From Candidatus Hydrothermales bacterium (lineage in GTDB: Bacteria; Hydrothermota; Hydrothermia; Hydrothermales; JAJRUZ01), in contig JBCNUW010000002.1 of the NCBI GenBank assembly GCA_039630575.1, forward strand, positions 6,529 through 70,528: 64,000 bases of DNA, read 5' to 3'. Both the position numbers and the translations under genes were made by a program. Positions 20,481-30,115 of the stretch are shown in pieces. The stretch's first letter is position 1. Each line of letters opens with the position of its first letter. Under the pieces are notes generated by a model that did no database searches, was not told the origin of the DNA, and saw only the letters and a list, made by a program, of their open reading frames with translations.

Positions 20481-21479
20481 TTATTCTAAAATCCACAATT
20501 TAAGTAAATCCTTAAATTTTTTCTCATGCTTTATTTTGAATTTCTTCTCTTTTCTTCCCAATTTTACTTTAATAGTTTTTATTACACCTTCTCTTTTGAT
20601 TTCCATCTTTACTTCAGAATTAGATGGCGTACTTTTTACATCATAAACAAAGTCTTTCACATTATGATATTTCTTCTCATCATAACTTACTATTATGTCA
20701 TCTTCTCTGAGACCAGCTTTTTCTGCTGGTGAGTTTTGAAGCACTTTATTTACTTTTAAACCCTCACCCTCTTTATAGTCTACTAAGATTCCAAGGAAAC
20801 CTTCGTAGATTTTGCCTTTTTCTTTCATCAAATTTACTCTCTTAAGAATGTAATCATAGGTATAACCGATTGTAGTATGAGGTAAATTAAATTGGTAGTA
20901 AAAGTATGGTAACTTTTCTTTTAATTTTTTTGTTTCTATTTTTTCAATTATGTCAAAGTCAATTTTACCTCCCCTTAAAATTCCAAATATTTTTCCCTCA
21001 TGGTTTACTATTGGAGCACCGGAGAAGGAAGGTGGTATTTTTGTTTCTATAAAGATTTTTCCATTATTTTCCTCGTATATAGGAAGAATTAAAAAACTTC
21101 CTTTTCCCTTTAGAGAAAAAGAGAGGGCAATTTTTGGTAAGTTTTCGTCAAATTTTGCAAATTCAGGAATCCTTAACTCCTTGGTTGTTTTTATAATTGC
21201 AATTTTTGTAAATTCATCCCACCCTTCAATCTCTCCCTTGTATTCGTTACCATCTTTATCAAAAAATAAAATACTCTCATTTTCTTCAACTTGGGGCAAT
21301 ATTGTGATGAGTCTTTCCTTATCGAAGGAAAATCCAGTTGTCCATAAATTTTTAAATTTTAATTCAAAAAGTGAAGGGTTAATTTTTTTATAAATTTCCT
21401 GAATTTCTTCCTCTAATTTCTTTAGCATTTGAGAGTTAAGTAGATTTATAGTAATTAAGAAAAGTAAGAATTTTTTCAA
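20481..21479 (-). CDS. Trypsin-fold/PDZ (DegP/HtrA-like) protein apparently lacking the catalytic His; possible regulatory pseudo-protease
   Basis: The 332 aa product has a signal peptide and a GxSGxP-like 'PPSFSGAPIVNHEGKIFGILRGG'. No His occurs anywhere upstream of this Ser motif. The C-terminal PDZ is 'GILVDYKEGEGLKVNKVLQNSPAEKAGLREDDIIVSYD'. Confidence 0.55.
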   Translation of the reverse strand: MKKFLLFLITINLLNSQMLKKLEEEIQEIYKKINPSLFELKFKNLWTTGFSFDKERLITILPQVEENESILFFDKDGNEYKGEIEGWDEFTKIAIIKTTKELRIPEFAKFDENLPKIALSFSLKGKGSFLILPIYEENNGKIFIETKIPPSFSGAPIVNHEGKIFGILRGGKIDFDIIEKIETKKLKEKLPYFYYQFNLPHTTIGYTYDYILKRVNLMKEKGKIYEGFLGILVDYKEGEGLKVNKVLQNSPAEKAGLREDDIIVSYDEKKYHNVKDFVYDVKSTPSNSEVKMEIKREGVIKTIKVKLGRKEKKFKIKHEKKFKDLLKLWILE

Positions 21480-21862
21480 GGCATTACCTCCTCATAGGAT
21501 ATTTCGTAAATCATGTCAGTATAGTATATTTTTACTGGGTCAAATTCCCTTTTGGTTACTGTTTCTCTTTTAAAAGTATTTTTTTCAAATAATTTGTTTT
21601 GAAAAAAAATGCCTAAGACTATAATTATAATTAGCGATAAAGCAAATGCTGCTCTTAAATATTTTAATTTTGTTTTCTCCTTTTTTATAGGAAATTTCTC
21701 TAATAGAGAAGGAGATAAGATTTTTATTGTTAGAATATCCTCATAAATTTTTTTACAACCTTTACAGATTTTCATGTGATTTTCAACAGAAATTTTTTCT
21801 TTCTCATTTAGGTATCCATCAATATAGAGCGAGATTTTTTCTATAAATTCCTTACAAAACAT
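21476..21862 (-). CDS. Zinc-finger (HxxxCxxC) anti-sigma factor, single TM
   Basis: The 128 aa product has 'NHMKICKGCKK' (a zf-HC2/ZAS motif) and a TM helix 'AAFALSLIIIIVLGIFF'. It overlaps the sigma factor gene by 11 nt. Confidence 0.65.
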   Translation of the reverse strand: MFCKEFIEKISLYIDGYLNEKEKISVENHMKICKGCKKIYEDILTIKILSPSLLEKFPIKKEKTKLKYLRAAFALSLIIIIVLGIFFQNKLFEKNTFKRETVTKREFDPVKIYYTDMIYEISYEEVMP

Positions 21863-22334
21863 TTTTAAGTTTCTCCCTTAGGTATAATCTTGCTCGTGAT
21901 ATTCTTGATTTTACTGTGCCGATTGGTATTTTTAATATTTTTGATATTTCTTCGTAAGAATAAAGGTGAACATCTCTTAAAATAAAGGCATCTTTTAAAT
22001 TTTGGGGCATATTTTCAATTTCTTCTTCTAATCGTGATTTAATTATATACATTTTTATTGGATCAATATTAATATACATTGAGTGATTTTCTTCATCTAA
22101 GGGTACTTCTTTTTCTTTTTTTCTTTTTCTTAAATAATCTATACTTTTATTTTTTGCTACCTTATATAAAAAGGCTTTTGTATTATTTACATTTTCCATA
22201 TTTTCATAGAATTTTACAAAGGTCTCATCTACTATATCTTCTGAAATTTCTCTATCATTTACAATACTTTTAACATATCTAATTAATTTTTCTTTCATCT
22301 TTACATAAATTTCATTAAATTTTTTTTCCTTCAT
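21852..22334 (-). CDS. ECF-type RNA polymerase sigma-70 factor
   Basis: The 160 aa product has region 2 'FVKFYENMENV...YKVAKNKSIDYLRKRKK' and region 4 HTH 'EISKILKIPIGTVKSRISRARLYLREKL'. Confidence 0.8.
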   Translation of the reverse strand: MKEKKFNEIYVKMKEKLIRYVKSIVNDREISEDIVDETFVKFYENMENVNNTKAFLYKVAKNKSIDYLRKRKKEKEVPLDEENHSMYINIDPIKMYIIKSRLEEEIENMPQNLKDAFILRDVHLYSYEEISKILKIPIGTVKSRISRARLYLREKLKNVL

Positions 22335-22352
22335 ATTTTAAAGACGATTTTT

Positions 22353-23051
22353 CTACTTAACAAGTTCCATATTCTGAAAAAGCTTTTTTGCTCTTTCAAT
22401 GTCCTCATATGTATCAAGGTCAATCCATAGAAAGCCTGACACCTTAGAAATTTCCAGTTTTGCTTTCTTTATTATTTCACTTATTTTTATCTTTTTCTTT
22501 TTTTTCTCAAGTTCTATTGCATAATCAACAAATTTTCTATCAGTTACAATAAAACCTGTGTCAAAGGCGTTGAATTTTTTGAGATTCTTCCCGATTCTGA
22601 TAACTTTTCCATTTTCATAATAAACCTTTGTAGCCTCCTTTTTATCAATATATTTACCAATTTCATCAACAATTAGTCCCTTCTTTTTTATTGCTTCTTC
22701 TATAAATTTTTTCTCATAAAGATGATCTCCCATTATAAGTATAAAGTTTTCATTTTCCTTTATATAATCCTTTAGTAGAAAGACAGAATAACCATTTTCT
22801 CTCTCAGGAAAATCATTCGTTATAACTTCTAAATTTATATTATTTTCTTTTAAAAAAGCTTCTATTTTGGTTTTGTATTTAGAATTTATTACTATTATAA
22901 ATTCTTCAACTGAAAACTCCTTTAAATTTTTAATATTACTGAGTAAAATTTCACTTCCGTTTATCTTCAAAAGTGATTTAGGTATGTTGTCTGAAAAGGG
23001 TTTGAGTCTTTTTCCAGTTCCTGCAGATAGTATAATTGCCTTTTTTCTCAT
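22353..23051 (-). CDS. Sugar-phosphate nucleotidyltransferase (NTP_transferase fold)
   Basis: The 232 aa product has the N-terminal 'AIILSAGTGKRLKP' (GxGxRL signature). Confidence 0.7.
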   Translation of the reverse strand: MRKKAIILSAGTGKRLKPFSDNIPKSLLKINGSEILLSNIKNLKEFSVEEFIIVINSKYKTKIEAFLKENNINLEVITNDFPERENGYSVFLLKDYIKENENFILIMGDHLYEKKFIEEAIKKKGLIVDEIGKYIDKKEATKVYYENGKVIRIGKNLKKFNAFDTGFIVTDRKFVDYAIELEKKKKKIKISEIIKKAKLEISKVSGFLWIDLDTYEDIERAKKLFQNMELVK

Positions 23052-23073
23052 TATTGATTTTACGCTATTTTAT

Positions 23074-23541
23074 TTATTTTTTTCTAAATCTAATACCGTA
23101 TAAAAGTAAGAGAAAAATTATTAAATTTCTAAAAATTGAATAGATCCCTATCTCTTCCTCCTTTCCAAATATTTCGAAGCAGCCACACTCAAAAATTCTA
23201 CCACTAACAAAAGCATAAGTAATAGCCAATGTAAATATAAAAATAAGTTTTATCAGTACAAGATAGGCACCCTTTTTAAGAATACCAAAAATTAAAAAAA
23301 TACCTGAAAAAAGTTCAAGAAAAGGAACTGTTAATGAGAATAAGTTTATAAAATATGATGGTAATATTCCATACTTTGCAACAGTAAGAGCAAATTCGTG
23401 TATATTTTTCAGCTTTATGTAGCCAGAGTATACAAAAAGTAAACCCAAAAAAATCTCTAAAAGTATTAATAAGTACAAATTATGTTTTTTAAAAATTTCT
23501 CTCAATGGGATAATTCTTTCTTTTCCAGTCATCAAATCCAC
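23074..23541 (-). CDS. DoxX/MauE-like small membrane protein
   Basis: The 155 aa product has 4 TM helices and a 'CGCF' motif near its C-terminus. Confidence 0.5.
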   Translation of the reverse strand: MDLMTGKERIIPLREIFKKHNLYLLILLEIFLGLLFVYSGYIKLKNIHEFALTVAKYGILPSYFINLFSLTVPFLELFSGIFLIFGILKKGAYLVLIKLIFIFTLAITYAFVSGRIFECGCFEIFGKEEEIGIYSIFRNLIIFLLLLYGIRFRKK

Positions 23542-23956
23542 CTATATAAATCATTAAATCTTTTAGACCAAGTTCCTTTAGAATTTCTGAGACTTTAAAG
23601 GAAAGTTCACAAAATCCTCCCTCACAATAAACAACAATTTTTCTTTGAGTATCAATTTTATCTACAAATTTCAAGGGGTTTGAATAAAACTCACTGTAGG
23701 GAAAATTTATTGCTCCGTCTATATGACCTTTTACGTATTCATCTTTTTCTCTGGCATCTATTAAAAAAACTTCATTCTTTTTTAATAAATTAAAAAGCTT
23801 TTCTGAATCTATAAATTTTATTTCTGGGTATTTTTTCGAATATAGAAAAATTTCTAAATTTTTAGGGAAAAGCGGTATTTTTTTATAATATGAAAATCCT
23901 ATTGCAGCTAAAACAGAGAGAAAAAAAATAACTGTTGACTGTAAAAAAATGTTCAT
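23489..23956 (-). CDS. Membrane-anchored rhodanese-domain sulfurtransferase
   Basis: The track ORF runs to 24064, but that start lies inside the rhomboid gene. An internal ATG (revcomp of 23954-23956) sits 5 nt after the rhomboid stop and gives 'MNIFLQSTVIFFLSVLAAIGF'. The rhodanese core has its active Cys in 'VVYCEGGFC'. The 3' end overlaps the DoxX gene by 53 nt. Confidence 0.6.
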   Translation of the reverse strand: MNIFLQSTVIFFLSVLAAIGFSYYKKIPLFPKNLEIFLYSKKYPEIKFIDSEKLFNLLKKNEVFLIDAREKDEYVKGHIDGAINFPYSEFYSNPLKFVDKIDTQRKIVVYCEGGFCELSFKVSEILKELGLKDLMIYIGGFDDWKRKNYPIERNF

Positions 23957-23960
23957 AATT

Positions 23961-24623
23961 TTAAAAAAAATAATTTCTTTTTTTAAAGTATAACTTTGCA
24001 ACGATAACACCGAAGATGAATCCACCGATATGTGCCAAAAAAGCAATATTTGTAAAGGGTGCACCGAGTGAAAGTAGTGAATTAAAAAATTGGGAAATTA
24101 TCCAAAAACCTAAAAAAATAAAGGCAGGAATTGGAACAATATCCCAAAAGAAAAAGTAAAAAACAAGCGTTTTAATTCTTGAAAAAGGGAAAAGGACAAA
24201 ATAAAATCCCATAACACCTGATATAGCACCTGAAGCCCCTATCATTGGCACATTTGAATTCATATGAAAAAGAGTTTCTAAAAGAGTACCAGCTATACCT
24301 GCACAGATGAAAAATGTAGGAAACCAAAAGAACCCAAGAATATCCTCCACATTATCTCCAAAAATATGGAGATAAAGCATGTTAAAAATAAAATGTGCCC
24401 AACCACCATGAAGAAAAATTGAAGTTATAAATGTTGGTAACCTATTGAAAGGATCCTTAAAAAATTCACTTGCAACAAAACCATTTTTGTAAATGAAAAT
24501 ATCTCTGTCAGGAATAGGTAAAACAAGCTCATAGAGAAATATTAAAAAACAAGTTATTATTATTGAATAAGTCCAAAATGGAAATCTCCTTGAAGGAATG
24601 TTATCTTTTAAGGGTAAAATCAT
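23961..24623 (-). CDS. Rhomboid family intramembrane serine protease
   Basis: The 220 aa product has the catalytic 'GASGAISGVMG' and the His helix 'AHIGGFIFGV'. Confidence 0.75.
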   Translation of the reverse strand: MILPLKDNIPSRRFPFWTYSIIITCFLIFLYELVLPIPDRDIFIYKNGFVASEFFKDPFNRLPTFITSIFLHGGWAHFIFNMLYLHIFGDNVEDILGFFWFPTFFICAGIAGTLLETLFHMNSNVPMIGASGAISGVMGFYFVLFPFSRIKTLVFYFFFWDIVPIPAFIFLGFWIISQFFNSLLSLGAPFTNIAFLAHIGGFIFGVIVAKLYFKKRNYFF

Positions 24624-25933
24624 TCCACCAAACTGTAAATGATTGTTCTCTCAGAAGGTTTTTCTATATTAAAATCAAGAGAATTTAAAAGAAGTTTTTT
24701 AGCTTCTTCTACTTTATTTTCACTGTTTGTTCTAATTTCAAAAATTTTCTCACCCTTTTTTACATAAGATCCAGTTTTTTTATGTAAAATTATTCCTGCA
24801 ACGGGGTCAATTTTATCTTCCTTTTTAAGTCTTCCAGCACCGAGTATTCTTGCTGCCTCACCAACAATTTTTGCATCAATTTTTGATATATAGCCTTCTA
24901 TTTCTGCCTCAACAAATTCTATGTATTTTGCCCTTATAAAATTATCTATCTTCAAAAATTCAATCTCCTCAACTAATCCACCATGGGCTTTTACCATATC
25001 AAAAAATTTTTTTAAAGCTTTACCATTTTTTCTCAAGTTATCTACCATTTCTTTACCAAGGTCTCTGTCACTTATTTTCTCACCAATTAAAAGTAACTCT
25101 GCTGCAAGGCTTTTAACTACTTCATCAAGATCTTTTATCTCTGCACCGTTAAGATAAAAGATAGTTTCCATTATTTCAATTCTATTTCCAGCTGTGTAGC
25201 CAAGTGGTTCATTCATATCTGTTATAAGAGCTTTTGCTTTAACACCCATTTTATTTGACACATTAACAAGAGACTTTGCTAACTTTTCTGCATCAGTGTA
25301 GTTTCTCATAAAGGCTCCTAACCCTGTTTTTACATCGAAGATTATTCCATCAAGATTTACAGAAAGTTTTTTTGAAAGGATACTTGCTGTAATTAAAGGA
25401 ATGGAAGGAACTGTACCTGTTACATCTCTTATTGAATAGATTATTCTATCGGCTGGTGCAATTTCTTCGGTTTGTCCTATTATTGAACATCCAATTGTTT
25501 TAACAATTTTTCTAAATTCTTCTATAGTTAAATCGGTTTTATAACCTGGTATTGACTCAAGTTTATCAACAGTTCCTCCGGTGTGCCCGAGGGCTCTTCC
25601 TGAAATCATAGGAATATAAACTCCAAGGGATGCCATTATGGGTGCTAATGCAAGAGAAACTTTATCACCTACTCCACCTGTTGAATGTTTATCAAGTAAA
25701 GGATGAACAGAGAGTATATCAATAGTTTTACCTGAATCTCTCATTGATTTTGTTAAAAAGAAAGTCTCTTCATCATTTAGACCTTGAAAGAAGATAGCCA
25801 TTAAGAGGGCAGAGATCTGATAGTCTGGTATTTTTCCTTTGATAACTCCTTCAACAAAGAATTCTATCTCTTCTTTATTTAAAATTTTACCGTCTCTTTT
25901 TTTCTCAATAATTCTTAGGATGTTAGGTTCCAT
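24620..25933 (-). CDS. pdp: Pyrimidine-nucleoside (thymidine) phosphorylase
   Basis: The 437 aa product has 'DKHSTGGVGDKVSL' and the glycosyl-transferase family 3 architecture. Confidence 0.85.
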   Translation of the reverse strand: MEPNILRIIEKKRDGKILNKEEIEFFVEGVIKGKIPDYQISALLMAIFFQGLNDEETFFLTKSMRDSGKTIDILSVHPLLDKHSTGGVGDKVSLALAPIMASLGVYIPMISGRALGHTGGTVDKLESIPGYKTDLTIEEFRKIVKTIGCSIIGQTEEIAPADRIIYSIRDVTGTVPSIPLITASILSKKLSVNLDGIIFDVKTGLGAFMRNYTDAEKLAKSLVNVSNKMGVKAKALITDMNEPLGYTAGNRIEIMETIFYLNGAEIKDLDEVVKSLAAELLLIGEKISDRDLGKEMVDNLRKNGKALKKFFDMVKAHGGLVEEIEFLKIDNFIRAKYIEFVEAEIEGYISKIDAKIVGEAARILGAGRLKKEDKIDPVAGIILHKKTGSYVKKGEKIFEIRTNSENKVEEAKKLLLNSLDFNIEKPSERTIIYSLVE

Positions 25934-27111
25934 TTTTTAGATAGAGCTTTAAGTGCCCTTATTAAGTTTTCTTCTTTTAAAAGAAGGATGATTCCGGGTT
26001 TAGAAGAAAAAATTGCATAAACGTGGATACCTATTTTTTCTAATTCTTCAAGGGATTTTTCAAGTATTAAGGGAGAGTCTCCTATTCCATAACCAACAAG
26101 TGTTAAAGTTCCCATATTTTTAATAATTTTTATTTTGAAGGGTTTATATATATTTTCGATTTCATTTATAATTTTTTTATGGATTTTATTTTTTGTTTCA
26201 ACAGCAAAGGTAAGATCAACACCTTTTTCTTTTCTAATACCGTGTGTGAAAAATAAAACATTTATGTTATTTTCATTTAAGAACTTGGCTATTTGAGGTA
26301 TATTCATATTTTCTTTTACTTTTTCAAGTAAAATAACAGATAGACCTTTTTTAATTACAATAGCTTTTACATATGGTGTTTCAATAGCCTCATTTTCTAT
26401 TAATGTGAAGTTGTTGCTATTCATTTTTTTTATATAAAATTTTAAGTTATGCTTCATTCCCAATGCTACAGCTCTTGGATTTAAGACTTCTGCTCCGTAT
26501 TCTGAGAGAAAGAGCATCTCTTCAAAGGATATTTTTTTTATTCTTTTAGAATTTTTTATTATTTTAGGTGGTAAAGCATATATGCCATCTACATCTTTAT
26601 AAAAAATTACATCCTTTGCTTTCAAAAATACTGCCAAAGCTGCTGCTGTTAGGTCTGATCCTCCTCTTCCAAGAGTAGTTATTTCTTTTTCTGTACTTAC
26701 GCCTTGGAATCCAGCTATAATTGGTATTTGGCCCTTTTCCATTGTTTCGAGAATTCTTTTCCCTCTTATTTCTAAAATATGTGCTGAGCTGTGCTTTGAA
26801 TCAGTTAATATACCTGCCTGTGAACCAGTCAGTGATCTTGAGTTTATATTTCTTTCTCTTAGTGACAAAGAAAATAGAGCCATCGCTATTCTTTCTCCTG
26901 CTGAAAGTAACATATCTAATTCTCTTTTATCAGGATTTTTTGTAATTTTTTCAGAAAGTTTCAAAAGTTCATCAGTTGTATTTCCCATAGCAGATACAAC
27001 AATTACAGGTTTTGTTCCATTTTTTATTTCCTTTTCAACCTCAAGTGTGGCAAATTTAATTTTTCTTATGTTTTTCAAAACTTCTCCACCAAATTTTAAG
27101 ATTTTAATCAC
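25915..27111 (-). CDS. lysC: Aspartate kinase with C-terminal ACT domains
   Basis: The 398 aa product has 'IKILKFGGEVLKN' (the KFGG signature) and a C-terminal regulatory region. Confidence 0.85.
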   Translation of the reverse strand: MIKILKFGGEVLKNIRKIKFATLEVEKEIKNGTKPVIVVSAMGNTTDELLKLSEKITKNPDKRELDMLLSAGERIAMALFSLSLRERNINSRSLTGSQAGILTDSKHSSAHILEIRGKRILETMEKGQIPIIAGFQGVSTEKEITTLGRGGSDLTAAALAVFLKAKDVIFYKDVDGIYALPPKIIKNSKRIKKISFEEMLFLSEYGAEVLNPRAVALGMKHNLKFYIKKMNSNNFTLIENEAIETPYVKAIVIKKGLSVILLEKVKENMNIPQIAKFLNENNINVLFFTHGIRKEKGVDLTFAVETKNKIHKKIINEIENIYKPFKIKIIKNMGTLTLVGYGIGDSPLILEKSLEELEKIGIHVYAIFSSKPGIILLLKEENLIRALKALSKKWNLTS

Positions 27112-28247
27112 TTCTGGTAAAATTCTTTGAGTCTTTTAATTGCCTCGTTAAGTTTATCATCACTTAATGTTATGCTAAATCTTATAAAACCTTTTCCTTG
27201 TTTTCCAAAGCCTTCGCCTGGCAAAGTTAATACTCTTTTTTTCTTAATTAACTCTATAGAAAATTCATAACTTGAGTAATTTTCTGGTTTTGCCCATATG
27301 TAGAAGGTAGTTTGGGAATCAAAAAAATTAATACCTATTTCTAAGAGAGCCTCTTTTAATTTTTTTCTCCTTTCTTTATATTTTTCTCTTAATGGTTTAT
27401 TGATTCTTTCGTAATTTAAAAGCGCGTATTCAGCTGCTTTCTGTATTGCTCCAAACTGGCAGTTATCAATAACAGTTTTAAATTTAGCAAGATTTTGAAT
27501 TATTCTTTCATCACCGCAGGCAAAGGCAATTCTCCAACCTGTCATGCTGAATGTTTTAGAAAGTGAGTTAAATTCAATAGTGTTTCTTTTACTAACATTC
27601 AAAAGTGAAATGGGTTCTTTTTCTTCGTATATTTCAGCATAGCAAAGATCATTAACAAGGGCAAAGTTATATTTTTTTGATAATTTTGATGCTTCAGTAA
27701 AGAAGTCAAAATTGGCTTCTGCACCTGTTGGGTTATTTGGATAGTTAAGATACATAACCCTTGTTTTCTCTAAAACTGAAGTAGGTATTTTAGTTAGAAG
27801 TGGAAGAAAGTTATTTTTTTCTTTTAATGGCATTTTATATATGATTCCTCCTGCCATTTTTGATGCAAGCTCATAGGCTGGATAGGATGGATCAGGAACA
27901 AGTGAGTAAGTGTTTTCATCGATTAGTGTAAAGGCAAGGTGTGAAAGTCCTTCTTTTGACCCTATTAAGACAAGAATTTCTTCCTCTTTTAATTTAACAT
28001 CAAATCTTTTTTTGTAATAGTTTTTTATTGCTTCTTTAAGAAATTTAAAGCCTTGGTAAGGTGGGTATCGGTGAAATATAGGATTTTTAGATTCTTTAAT
28101 TAGAATTTCTATAATTTCATCAGGTGTAGGTATATCAGGGTCCCCAACTCCCATGTCAATTAAATCTTCTTTGTATTTTGCCTTTAATTTATCTATTTCT
28201 TCAAAGAAATAAAGTGGAAATTGTTTTATTCTATTAGAAAATTTCAT
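27108..28247 (-). CDS. PLP-dependent class I aminotransferase, LL-diaminopimelate aminotransferase (DapL)-like
   Basis: The 379 aa product starts 'IKQFPLYFFEEIDKLK', resembling the DapL N-terminus. Its PLP-Lys motif is 'SKTFSMTGWRIAFACG'. It sits in lysine-pathway context with lysC and dapB. Confidence 0.65.
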   Translation of the reverse strand: MKFSNRIKQFPLYFFEEIDKLKAKYKEDLIDMGVGDPDIPTPDEIIEILIKESKNPIFHRYPPYQGFKFLKEAIKNYYKKRFDVKLKEEEILVLIGSKEGLSHLAFTLIDENTYSLVPDPSYPAYELASKMAGGIIYKMPLKEKNNFLPLLTKIPTSVLEKTRVMYLNYPNNPTGAEANFDFFTEASKLSKKYNFALVNDLCYAEIYEEKEPISLLNVSKRNTIEFNSLSKTFSMTGWRIAFACGDERIIQNLAKFKTVIDNCQFGAIQKAAEYALLNYERINKPLREKYKERRKKLKEALLEIGINFFDSQTTFYIWAKPENYSSYEFSIELIKKKRVLTLPGEGFGKQGKGFIRFSITLSDDKLNEAIKRLKEFYQK

Positions 28248-28262
28248 AATTTATTTTAAGTT

Positions 28263-29036
28263 TTACTGTTTTATTTTTTCTTTAATAATTATTTCGGTTG
28301 GTAAGGTGGAGTTAATTATATCGAAGGCACTTTCCATATTTGAAGCGATCTCTACAAATCCGAAGCTTCCCCTTAAAAATAGAAGTTCTCCCCTTTTTAC
28401 ATCTGCGTAGGTTCTTTTTGGTCCTTCAATTACAAAGTTATTTATTTTTAAAACATAGTTTACTTTTTCAATGAGCCATTCATTGGGAATATCTGTTAAG
28501 ATATTACCGAATTTATCTTTTAAAATTGCTTTTCCTTTTATTTCATTTTGGGTTCTTATAGGTTCTTTAATTTCAAAAATTTTAGGGTTTTCTAATTTTT
28601 TAAGGGCTTTTAAAATAAATGGTGTATTAGAGATTTTTGTTGCCCATATAGAAAAGTAGTCTCTTGCATGGAATGTAGGTGACGCTTTTTCAGGTGGTGG
28701 GGGCAGCTCATAAGCTGTTCCTCCCTTTTTTATGAGTAAAGTGAATATTCCATTATCAGGTCCAACAAAAAATCTATTTTCAAAAAAAAGAACAAGTCCT
28801 TTTCTTTCAGTTCCAACAGTTGGATCAACGATGCAGAGAAATACTGTTTCTTCAGGATAATCTCGATATAGAAAGTAAATCCAGTAAATAGAGGAAAATA
28901 TGTTAAAATTTTCGATATCGTGGAAGACATCTATTATACTTACTTTTTCATTTGAAAGAGATTCTATTTTAGCTTTTACTGAACCTATATAGGGTGAGTT
29001 GTACCCAAAGTCTGTGATAAGTGCAATTATTTTCAT
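28263..29036 (-). CDS. SAM hydroxide adenosyltransferase (DUF62; fluorinase/chlorinase-like fold)
   Basis: The 257 aa product has the N-terminal 'IIALITDFGYNSPYIGSVKAKI', characteristic of this family. Confidence 0.7.
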   Translation of the reverse strand: MKIIALITDFGYNSPYIGSVKAKIESLSNEKVSIIDVFHDIENFNIFSSIYWIYFLYRDYPEETVFLCIVDPTVGTERKGLVLFFENRFFVGPDNGIFTLLIKKGGTAYELPPPPEKASPTFHARDYFSIWATKISNTPFILKALKKLENPKIFEIKEPIRTQNEIKGKAILKDKFGNILTDIPNEWLIEKVNYVLKINNFVIEGPKRTYADVKRGELLFLRGSFGFVEIASNMESAFDIINSTLPTEIIIKEKIKQ

Positions 29037-29077
29037 AAGTTTGATTTTTATTATTTTTAAAATTATAATTAAAAGGT

Positions 29078-30115
29078 ATGAAGATAAAAAATAAATTAAT
29101 TACTTTTTTGCTTATACCTTTTTTTCTTTTTTCATCAGCTAATGATGCTGCAGTTGTATTTTTAACGATTTTTCCTGGTGCAAGGGCAGTGGGTATGGGT
29201 GCTGCTTTTACAGCTGTCTCTGATGATGCTACCTGTACCTTTTATAATCCTGGTGGATTGCCTTTTATAAAGAATCTTGAGGTTTCGCTTCAGCATTCAA
29301 ACTGGTTGACAGGGTTATGGCCAGATATGTATTATGAATTTTTTGGTTTTGTAAATCCACTTGGTGAGATGGGTGTTATAGGCGGGAATATTATTTATTT
29401 AACTACAGGAGAGACAGAAGCTTATGTTGAGGGTAGTGATGCACCTATTGCAAGGTTTGTAAATTTTGATTTTGCAGTTACTTTGAATTATGGTTATAAA
29501 GTTTTCAAGGATTTAGGTTTGGGAGTAGGAGCAAAGTTTGTGTACTCTTTTCTTGCACCTGATTGGCTTGTTAAAAGGGTTTTCCCTGAATCTGGAGGAG
29601 GTGGAACTGGAATGACTTATGCTTTTGATTTTGGGCTTCTTTATAAATTGACTTTTTCTCAGGAAGTGCAAATTTTACCAGGTATGTCTTTTGGACTTTC
29701 TCTTTTAAATATTGGTCCTGGAATAAGATATACAAGGAAAGGTGGAGGAGAGGATCCTCTTCCAAGGACATTAAAGATTGGTATTGCTTTACCGCTTTAT
29801 AGTTCAGATGCTATAAAGTTGACGGTTTCCTCAGATATAACAAAGATTCTTGTTAAAATATTTGAGGATTGGGAAGAAAAAGGGTTTAGGTATGTTTGGA
29901 CAGAGGCTTGGAAGCACTATGGGTTAGAACTTACTTACTATGACTTTGTTTCAATGAGGGGTGGCTATTTTTTAGACATAGAGGGAGCAAGAATAGGATT
30001 TATGTTTGGAGGTGGTATTAAGCTTGGTAAATTTTTCTTCGATATAGGTGTCGATTCTCCTATTTACGATTTTGAGACTGAAAATTATAGGTTTTCATTG
30101 AGATATGTTTTTTAA
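29078..30115 (+). CDS. FadL/OmpP1-like (PorV-like) outer-membrane beta-barrel protein
   Basis: The 345 aa product has a signal peptide. 'GARAVGMGAAFTAVSDDATCTFYNPGGL' matches the FadL-family N-terminal motif (GAG..A.a.dast.fyNPAg). Its C-terminus is aromatic, '...FSLRYVF'. Confidence 0.6.
   Translation: MKIKNKLITFLLIPFFLFSSANDAAVVFLTIFPGARAVGMGAAFTAVSDDATCTFYNPGGLPFIKNLEVSLQHSNWLTGLWPDMYYEFFGFVNPLGEMGVIGGNIIYLTTGETEAYVEGSDAPIARFVNFDFAVTLNYGYKVFKDLGLGVGAKFVYSFLAPDWLVKRVFPESGGGGTGMTYAFDFGLLYKLTFSQEVQILPGMSFGLSLLNIGPGIRYTRKGGGEDPLPRTLKIGIALPLYSSDAIKLTVSSDITKILVKIFEDWEEKGFRYVWTEAWKHYGLELTYYDFVSMRGGYFLDIEGARIGFMFGGGIKLGKFFFDIGVDSPIYDFETENYRFSLRYVF

Noticed and set aside
23957-24064. Long version of the rhodanese ORF starting at 24064
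   Set aside because: That start lies ~100 nt inside the rhomboid gene. The internal ATG at 23956 gives a TM anchor plus the rhodanese domain and sits 5 nt after the rhomboid stop.
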